A stretch of DNA of 57,205 bases, the filler included, from Sphacelaria rigidula (Eukaryota), in assembly GCA_964200075.2 (NCBI GenBank). It is 6 parts of 6 records of this genome, joined end to end, with 100 filler letters (N's around TTAATTAATTAA, not from the genome) between each part and the next. Parts side by side here need not be neighbours in the genome. Positions count along the whole stretch, not along the records: positions 47,758 to 57,205 come from CAXNAA020008470.1; 5 more parts are not named here. The stretch is one strand, 5' to 3'. Of the stretch, positions 47,850-57,205 are shown one piece after another. The notes below the pieces were generated by a model. The model worked only from the letters and a program-made list of their open reading frames with translations. It was not told the origin of the DNA and made no database searches. The position numbers and the translations under genes are program-made. Within the stretch, counting starts at the first letter, position 1. Each line of letters starts with the position of its first letter.

Positions 47850-48503
47850 CGATCTCACTGCTCAATTTCAAGTCGTTTTTCATGAAATTTTGACACGGGA
47901 TACATGGGGTATATGTGAATCCCCTACCGTTTGCCACCCTCTTTTGTTTTTCTTTTCCTCGTATGTTATTGGTGATCTAAATTTCGGAACAGTTTTTTCT
48001 GGTACAAAAGCGTCGACAACTCGGTAAAGAAGTGTCAAGGGAGGACAATGGGGAGTTCCAAACATACCTCGTGTGTATCGTGTCATAATTTCGTGAAAAA
48101 TACTTGAGATTTAAAAGCATGACCACGTTTCAATTTTTCGTGGCTGGTTGATCTTCACATAGTAACCAGTCTTGGACACGAACACGCGGTTCAACAGCTG
48201 AGTTTCAGGTCGTCTTCAATGAATTTTTGACACGATGTACAAGATGTACGTGTGAAGACGCCACTTTGTCCCCTCTACATTTAATTTTTTCCCCCATGAG
48301 TTATCGGCGACCAAATATTTCAGAACAGTTTTCTCGGAACAAAATCGTAAACAACTTGAAAAAAACAAAATGTATGGGGAAAAAAGTGCCGTCTTGGCAC
48401 ATACATCCTGTACATCGTGTCAAAATTTCATTAAAAACAACCTGAAACTCAGCTGTAAATCGCGTGTTCACATTCCTGTCCGCGTCTTCGGCGGCCCAGC
48501 CTG
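47850..48503. repeat. Two tandem foldback units ending in a GCGGCCCAGCCTG terminus resembling the CGAGCTGGGCCAGC-TIR family
   Basis: Units at about 47855-48112 and 48180-48468, each with inverted AATTTTGACACG arms. Confidence 0.6.
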
Positions 48504-50131
48504 TGCAGATGGGAAAAAAGTATGCGTGATTCAGGGCCCAAGACTCGAGAGGATTTAACCTGTATAAGTTGTTGGTGCCGCATTAACCCGAAGGTAGGAG
48601 AACATATACCGGTGCTCACCTCGAACGACTCGGTCAAGCAAGCTGTACATGCCATTTACGCCTCATGATGGTAAGAAGTGAGAGGCATGTACAATCGATT
48701 CATTCAAACTGAAGCACAGGGGAAGAATGTGTGCCCATGATACATCCCGTATTCACGAAAGGTAGGAAACATGTACCTTTGACATGTACTGCACGACTCA
48801 CGAGCGGAAAAGCTTTATAAATTTCAAATGATGTACGAATTGTATGATTTATTCGTTGAAATGATGAATATGACTTGAATCACGATTCGATTCGTTTTAA
48901 CCGTGAACTGAATGAAGTATCTAACATGTCTAAAACGCAGCTGGCCTGTTACTTTTTCAACTCCGCAAAAACGTATGCGGCGTACAACTCTCCTTCGTAG
49001 AGGCTCTATCTCGCCAATCCCTTGATGAAAACAGTGAAAAGAAAGCCATGACTCTAATCGGTATCCAAGCCATGGATGCCAATCATTGACTACCCATAGT
49101 GGAAAATTTTGCTAAGTCGATCTGAGAATACCCCAGAAAACTGTCAAATATAGTATTCCCACTTGGATTCAGGGCCGTGATATCCCATCCGTCGATCAAC
49201 CGAGACGTGAAACGCAAGTCGTGTCTCCACAGACTTGCAGCTTTCCTGCACCGCTCCTTTCAGACAAATGGACACACCATTCACATTGCTCCTCGCAGGC
49301 AGGAGCGGAACATCATCCACATACTCGTCCAAGCACGTTACAATCCATCAACAAGCGTGCCACGGTCAAATATCGCTGGACCATGCGCGAGAAGCACTAA
49401 CATTACACCTGCTCGAATACGAGCCCACTCGTTATTAGTTTCCGCTCATTTAAACGCTAGCAATAGCCATTGCCATCTCCTACTGTAAGTACGCAAACAT
49501 CGCGCAAAGATAATTCCGCCGTGTTTTTGAGATAAACATACACTATCTTCACCCCATTCAGCGTACAGCAGTATATTGAAAACTGCCTCACCCTGACTTT
49601 TCGCCAGACACAAATCATTTTGGTAAAATAGCGTAGCGAAAAGTCTACACACCCATCAGCAGTTCCACCAAGCACATGCAATGCAACCTTTTTCGCAGAA
49701 ATCACCATGCATCATGGATGCTACCCAGGTCAGCACAGCATACAGATACCAAACATCCACGGGCACGCCAGCATTTTACCCAGCACACGCAATACGATCA
49801 TACTCGCTCAATCGCCAGGCCTCACGCGCAAACATGATCACAATCCCCACAACGAGCTGCAATCATCCGCGAAGTGATTCAGGCATGGCAGCCAGGATGT
49901 GTTTCGTCATTCTCAACACTCAGTCAAACCAGCACTTGCTCCTAATATATCACCCAACTCCGCGCTCACCACAACAGCAACCACAGCAAGTAATGAGTTC
50001 CTTTGTAGTCCTCCATCCTGCTCCGGAGAAACAGCCAACACGCGCAATAGAGCAGCGTTTCCACTCGAACACTCGCTTCTCGCACCATCAGATAAACTAC
50101 AGTTTGCACCCCAGAAGACTTTCTGCGACAG

Positions 50132-50173
<42 letters not shown>

Positions 50174-50254
50174 ACAAAAAGAACAAAACCCCCCACCCCT
50201 CTTTTCTTTCTTGCTGAAAAAAAACCCCTCAAGAACACNNNNNNNNNNAAGTTT

Positions 50255-50522
50255 ACACCCCCAACAACATTATGTAAAACCCCCCCCCCCCCCCCCCAGA
50301 ACCAGCCCAAAACTGCCACGAAGAAGAGGGTCATACAGCGCCTGATCTTTGGTTTCAGGCTGCATAAAACGCCTCATATCGGCGACATTCGTGAAGACGA
50401 ACCCAAGCGTGGGAATATCCAGCTGCTCGTTGTGCTCGACTTTCTTCATCTCGATGCACGTCTCGGTTTTGCCTCCCCAAACCAGTAACTTTTTTGGGGG
50501 GGGCGCTATTGTAGAAAGTGTC
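50255..50522. mobile_element. Copy of the GACACTTTCTAC MITE family inserted in the copia remnant
   Basis: Same core and right terminus GCTATTGTAGAAAGTGTC. Confidence 0.75.
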
Positions 50523-50771
50523 CCCGGTAGTGCCGCTCTACTCGCCACCAAGGGTTATAGCCGCACCGCCATACCATTGCGACGAATCCTCTGCCCCACG
50601 TATATGCGCATTACGAAACATTTGCTCATCAGTCGGTTTCACAGAGGAAAGAGGCGAAACGGGAACAGTCACAATCCCGCACAGCAACACCTCCTGATGG
50701 CTTTACGCCATATTCCCCAAACATTCCACGGTGCAACAGCAGAGAAACCTCCATCATCGCCGCCGAACAGA

Positions 50772-51095
50772 GGCTAGTTCACCTGCGTTGGGCCACAAAT
50801 GTTCATGGTTGATACATTTTAGAAGTATCGATACCTCTATAACCCTAACCCCAACCCATTGCATACCTAGAACCCTCGGGCAAGGGTGGTATATGGCATT
50901 CTCTAGGGAAAGCGCGGCCTTGGTGGACCCCAAATCGGCGCTTGTGGTGCGGAGTTCAACGAAAACGCGTTCTGCGCACGCGAGGAGCACACGGGGCTGT
51001 CAGCCTCGTCATGGAGCCGATTCTCGTTGTACACACTCAAACCAAGTAATGTGTCAACCATGAACATTTGTAGCCCAACGCCGAGAAAGTCTACT
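50772..51095. mobile_element. Uninterrupted copy of the GTTCACCGGCGTTGGG-repeat element
   Basis: Inverted ends (GCGTTGGGCCACAAATGTTCATGGTTGA / TCAACCATGAACATTTGTAGCCCAACGC), internal TAACCC motifs, homology to both arms of 7755-8866. Confidence 0.7.
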
Positions 51096-54000
51096 GGCCA
51101 AACATGCTGAAGCGGTCCATGTAAACAGCAATGCATTCGACAAACCAAATACCACGTAACGGTCGACGTCGCCATACTAACGTCATCGCTAATTGCATCA
51201 CAAGGTTGAACCTCGGTGTGCCTACCCTCGAGTTGCACTCCCCTGATGCTTCGAACACCGAAGGTGGGTTCTCAGCTACACGCTGGTCATCGACCGAAAC
51301 TCGGCCCAGCGAGTCCGCCTGCGCCAACCCGGCATCCACTCTCCTACAAGTACAGCCCTGCGCATCATCAGAATAATCTCCCGCCCTATCACCGGAATAT
51401 AAATGCGCCATGGGCATCGCAGGCCCCGAGCTCGCTCTGCTCGCGCGCACCACGCAGGTAACACACCCTTCTGGAGCTTCGAGCATGCAAGGCGTGTCCT
51501 CAGCTGCACGCTGGTCCGGAGGCAACTCCGCCAACCCGACATTCACCGCTCTTTGAAGCAGACATCCCCGCCAATCATCTGAATATTCTCCCGCCGTATC
51601 ACCACAGTAGGTAGATTCGCTATGAGCCTCACAGGTCCCAAGCTCGCTCTGCTCGCTCGCATCGTGCAGATAACACCCCTGCAGCCTTCTCGCCCTCTTC
51701 AACGGCAGTACCAGTAGCAGCCAAACTAGCTCCTACTCCTGTCCTCTCAACGGGCGCGCCACCGTGTGTCACTTCGGACAGGCACGTGCTGTGTTACCTT
51801 CTTTGTCTTCAAGGTGCAGGAAGCTGCTGCCCAGCGTTGTTGCTGCAGAAGCGGGCGAGTTCGATCTATTGCACTCTCAGCGAGCGCGTTGCCGTGCCTG
51901 TTGTCGCCGCGAACACATGCCGCGTGACCATGTCCCCCTCCACAATGCCATACACTACACGCAAAGACGCATGATTGCGTACTGCGAACGGCAATTGCTC
52001 CTGCCCAATATCATGATCATGATTCGAGTACGTGGCACACAAGTTATATCTCAAAATGTGTGGGCATGAGGTGAGAATCCGCTGGCACCTGCAGAACGTT
52101 CCAGCCTATCCCACGCGCTTTCACTTCTTGCACCTCATGAACGTCTCCCTCGTACTGCCGTATTAGCTCAGCGGATTTCCTCCTAGATAACGATCATAGT
52201 GTGGCCTATCCAGCACCTGAACATGGACAACACAACCATTGATTGCGACATATTGCTGCATCTCGTCAATCTAAACAGTCGGATAAGGTGTGCCGCTATC
52301 TACGCGCTTCTATCAAGCCCCGAGTCACCACGATGTGTGTACATGATGTTGTATCACAGCCCAGCACCGACCAAACTATTTCTATGAAAGCGGTGTTGCT
52401 TCACAATCACAGAAACAACTCTTCCTATACACTCAGACGCGCTTCGCCACTTTACAACAAGCTTTTGCACGGTCGATGCCACAGCGCGCCCTAGCACCAC
52501 CCCAAAGCCGCCTCCTTGGCCCTGCCCCTGCCAGCCCTCTCGACGTAAACACCCCTTGAGCTGGTCATGTTTGCAGAAAGCTGACCAGGCCTGCAGACTT
52601 ATCCCTGTCTTGATGTGTAGCCGTTTTTCAGCGAACCCCATGAACGTTCAGTGTGGACTTCTGCACTCGACACCAGACTGTCATGTGGACCTCTCCCATC
52701 TTGGGCACATGGACTTCAAGAGCTGTAGTTATCCATATATTTACCTCTAGCTGTTTACTGTACCGGAGAGCAGCATCCCAATATCTCTCCCACGGAGTGA
52801 ACAAACAGCTTCCAGCATTCGAGATGAAATGCTCATAGAGTCCACCGTTCATACTCGCAGACCCGCGATCCGTCAACCAGCCGTGAACACGCCTACTGCA
52901 CATTTTTCCGACTGCAAACGTGCAGCTGAAGAAGATAACAAGGTGGCCAGAGTCTACAGTGCGTCTGTGGCTGGATGTACAATATTGAATCCAAAGTGTA
53001 GTGATGTGCTGTGCTATTAACAGGCTTATGTCGCATACCACCGTCAGTCCTCACGAATCTTGGAACTGGATCCTTTGAGCGTGGCGATGTTAGCCGCCAA
53101 AACCCTTGTATATATATCGTTTCACGAAATAATACATCCCCCTTTCGATCTATACGCCAACCTTCGTTGACTGGAGAGGGGACAGCGGACATTTGGGGAC
53201 AAAGGCAGAATACTGGTGCTACTCTGAGCTCCCATCGGCGCGGTTCATTACCGACAGCTAATCCCGCTTTTCATTTGAGAACTGATGGTGCGTTCGTGAA
53301 CGGAAACTGCCGTCTATGTCATATGTACGACTCTTGGGATGGGATGTTCCACCTTGCGATCCGCAGTTCAAGCTTCAATCGAACCTGACGTGGATCCTAC
53401 ATCATATACAATGCGATCACGGATCGCCCGATTGGCGCGTACTCTTCAGGACGTGTAGGAACACCAAATACTCACTAGAAGTCTGCCAGCCCTTCGGTTC
53501 GCTCAAATATGTCTTGGGGTATCTCATCGGAAATCAGGAATTCCGCACCCGGGCAACAGCACCCGAAGAACGCAAGACGGCGACACAGCCATCACGTAAC
53601 TCTTCACATCCTGTATAGACGACACTATGTTCCCACCGCAATGCTGCACAGATTGAAAGACAGCAGCAGCACAACAGATCAGGCAATGCCCACCGCAGAT
53701 CAAACCGTCCTTGCAGGTCTCAACCGTACTACCGTCCAGCGAAAACTTCAGCATGGACATGATGGGTGTGTCACAAGGCGCCTCGCACATTTTACACAAG
53801 ACCAAACCGCCAACACACCCTGAGGTTTTCCAAAATGTGCAGGGAGCACTCCGTGTCGACTACAATTCCAATTTCTCAAATTGGTTGTTGTCTCAGGCTA
53901 TTCCAGAGTCGGCGTTGGGTTTCTGCCACAGAAAACTGTCTCGTTTTTTTTCAGAATACTTTTCAAAAAACAAGCAGAACTTTTCAAAAAACTGCTCAAA

Positions 54001-55539
54001 ACGTGACCCCATTACATGGAGTACAGACTACTACACTGAACACGACATAATTATGCAGTGGTATATGGAGTACAGACTACTACACTGAACACGACACAAC
54101 ACAGCATAGCTTCTGCAGTGTTTTTTGAAACCTGAACACGGACTGTATATAATATGCATCAGCTGCTTTCTCTTGTAGTAGCCACGCGTGGGAGGCACAC
54201 TCCACGTGCACAGCACCTACAGAGAGTTGCGCACAGCTTTATCTCCCAGGATTTCGCCGAGTAAGCAAGCATGGACCCATCGGCGGGTAGTACGTACCCA
54301 GCGCTGTCCAGCATGGTGGCTATCACTCGTAAGGTGCGTGTGTTGTCGCACGGTCGATTCGCGGACCGTCTACGATCAAGAGCAGCAGCAGCAGCAGCAG
54401 CATCATCAGCATCGGCACCGGCACCGGCACCGGCTGATTCAGACCCACCCCTGGCAGCGAACAGTTGTAATGCTAGACAAGCAGTCATGTCTAAATCGAA
54501 GCCCAGATCTGTGCACAGGTAAACAATGCGGCAGTACTGAAAGTGGACGTTAGTCCAATATCTCTGTGGTGCTGCGGACAGGACGCAACGAGGTAGCACA
54601 GCGCCGACACATCGAGCCACGAAAACCGACGCATAGACACCCAACAGCTCATCATCCACACAAGACAGCCTTCGTTTGACGGAAATCCGTCCAGTATTGG
54701 ATGAAAGGCGGTCCCGTGCGTAAGGTACATGGGCGTTGTAGCACGATTGAAACGCGGACCGTTTCTCCCATGAGGAAAAACGGCAGCAAGAGCAGCAGCA
54801 GCAGTATCGGCACCGACTGATTTAGACCCACCCCCAGCCGCGTACATCTTCTGGCAGGTAAGATGCTGCTGATACTGCTGCTGTTGCTTCTTCTGCTTCT
54901 CGTGCGGAACGCGGTCCGCGTTTGGGCCTGCGACAATACCCATACCCCCCTTGCGCGTGATTGCCGCCCTCCTTGAAGTCGCTCGTCTGTTAGCGTGCTG
55001 TTTTACCGTTTCTGTATCACTTGTTTCCCACCCTAGCATACGCGATCAGAACGGCGCGTGATTTCTGGTGATGATGAAGTTGTGAACCGTCACTTCACTG
55101 TCACTATCACGAAATGATTATTATTCCCCTTGTTTCGTTAAAACACGGCCTTTTAAGGTCCGCATCGTAGTTCGAAACACCTCAGGATCGACTTTTTTCA
55201 AAACCAGACAAGATTGAGGTTACAAGTATACCCTGCCCGCTGAGCATTATACGTGCGCGTCTATGCGCGCGCGGGTTTGTACAGGTTAACCATCTCACCG
55301 CGCCAGATTATATGTGAAAATATAGATCCTGCATCATGTTGAAATGTCCCAGACCCTAGACGAAGATTCTACAGTCGGTACGAACACGGTGCTAGAAGTG
55401 TACTGCACACAGTAGAGAATATATTGCCGACTATAAGTTCTGTGATACTCGTACCTCAAGTCGGTAACTGCAACGCTACACTTCGAGAGAACAACAGTGT
55501 GTAAAAATCTCCAGGGTATCAAATGCTACAGACGGCTTT

Positions 55540-56100
55540 CGCGCCATAGCGGCTGTGTTACCATACAGCTTCGCCCAAGATACAGGCAGCCATGACGGCA
55601 GCAGAGGCGGCCTTTCACTCCTGCGTGCGCAACCTGGGGCAAACGCACGCTGTAGCTACAACACGAAGAGCTTTACAAAATCATATCCCGCGTGCACGTT
55701 GACCGTAGATACAAGCGGTTGCGGGCATGATGTGGCGGACTGCATAAGGCAGCGCGAAATCGATGCAGCACAGGGGTAGGCTGAGGATGTGGCACTCTGT
55801 GGTGTGCTTTGTCACCCTGCACCCTGCCGCTGTGCAGTGGGCAGGTAGTACCACCGAAGGCGTAACGTCGTGGTTGGTACGCAGTGTCGAACGCATAGCA
55901 GCAAGCAGGATATTTTTTGTACAACAGACGAGGATGTGTGTTTCAAGACCGAAGCGCACAAAGTGGGACCCGTATCTAGAGAACCCTGCACTAACTCGCC
56001 CTGTTCTTGTTGATGTATGAATCTTTTCAGCAAAAAATGCTTGCAACATGTGCCGTGACGAATGTCACGCATTATGCAGCTTTCTCCCATGTGCGGCATC
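55540..56100 (-). mobile_element. Decayed Mutator-like (MULE) transposase remnant
   Basis: YKKYPACCYAFDTAYQPRRY resembles MULE/FAR1 Y..FGDVV.FDTTY.TNRY. A downstream frame RTQE*KAASAAV resembles TD.D.AM..A. Confidence 0.5.
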
Positions 56101-57205
56101 GCCCGTGAAGCGAGCTGTTGAAGCTAACAGTGCCCAACCCTCTTCCTGTGATGACCTACCTCCTGTCTGAGCTCGAGATAATTGAAACTGCGGAACATGA
56201 CTTCAACGAGTAGAACGTACACCTCACCGTGATTAAAGCTTCCATATTATGGAAAAGGAACAACACTGTGAGGGCGTCTGTCTGTTCTGTCCCTTTTCCA
56301 TTCCATTTCAATGCAAGAAAGGATGAGGAAATTTGGAGGCGCGATGCGAAGCAGAGCAAATCTATTTTCATATCGACCGGGACACACAGTTCAGTGAACG
56401 AAAGATTACAGCAGTTCAGGCAATCTCCAGCGCAGATCAAACTGTCTTCACAGGGATCAAACGCACCACGCTACAGGTCAGCAACAGTATTGGAATTATG
56501 GATCTGAGCGCGAAGCATCTCGTTCGATGCGAAAGACAACATCCGACGAACACGCCGTGACATATTCAACTTTGATGAGACAGCACCACGGCCCGACTCC
56601 AATTAGTATGTACAGACAGAACACAAAATAGTGTAGCAGCTCCCGCAATCCCAGCGGAGATTAAACCGCCTGCGCAAGGTCTGAATGCACTACAGCACAG
56701 TACGGTCTGAATACAGCACGTACGGGAAAGCGTGTGTATTTGTGCTACAATAAAGTGAAACATGGCATGTCCCACGGTTCAGGTCTTCACCTGATTTTGA
56801 CCAGCTACTAATTATCGGGCGGAGGTTCAGGCGCAAGTGATCAGACACCCGTCCGCTGACCAAACACCAAGTCGTCGGGATTTTGTTCAATATCGCCACT
56901 GGTCCTGTTCCGCATCATGCGCTTTTTTACGTTTCCGTTCGAAATCGAGCGCAGCTCGATTTTGAACGGGCCCCGGAATAGTTGGGCTCACTTTTTTCTG
57001 CAGTGAAAATGGAAAAAAAATGAAGGTGCGACTTGGGATTAGCAATGCTGACGAAACTTGTCGGATCGGCATGACTGAACTACGGTCGTGTGTGCGTGTT
57101 TTTTTTCACGTTCATTTTTGGGACTGCCTCAAAATCATCAACATTCCCACGGTTAGGACGAATCATCACGACTCGAAATCACCAAAGTCACGATTTCTTC
57201 GGCCT

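Larger units (their letters stand above)
48900..52650 (-). mobile_element. Heavily decayed Ty1/copia internal region
   Basis: Degenerate motifs in copia order on the minus strand: Gly-rich/knuckle-like about 52430-52530, NVLQVP..YNL about 52040-52100, integrase-like DCSRF about 50660, GGE* about 50540, SPEQDG about 50015, RT YVDD about 49315. Many stops and frameshifts, two nested MITEs. Confidence 0.6.

Overview
This is eukaryotic DNA, most likely from a brown alga or related stramenopile. That assignment is inferred from kb-scale GT-AG introns, repeat types and MTHFR exon content. The window is not one locus. It is six unrelated scaffolds of 9453, 9453, 9451, 9451, 9449 and 9448 bp, ordered by decreasing size and joined by identical artificial 100-nt linkers (44N-TTAATTAATTAA-44N). 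Host gene fragments: three MTHFR exons (+, scaffold 1); six importin-11-like exons (-, scaffold 2); a nearly intronless TLDc + BTB/POZ gene with one in-frame TAG (-, scaffold 3); the long first exon of an AGC-type Ser/Thr kinase (+, scaffold 4); three exons of an inositol-phosphorylceramide/sphingomyelin synthase (-, scaffold 5). Most of the remainder is transposon-derived: a complete but disabled DD39D-like mariner nested in a MITE, chromovirus/Ty3 pieces, a 1.24-kb two-LTR deletion derivative, decayed Ty1/copia and MULE (possibly with Ulp1) remnants, tRNA-derived SINEs and many foldback MITEs. The most unusual signal is a very abundant dispersed repeat (about 14 copies) with a fixed 3' end, variable 5' truncation and a poly(C) rather than poly(A) tail. 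Three copies carry 12-16 bp C-initiated target-site duplications, which fits a candidate poly(C)-tailed retrotransposition system.
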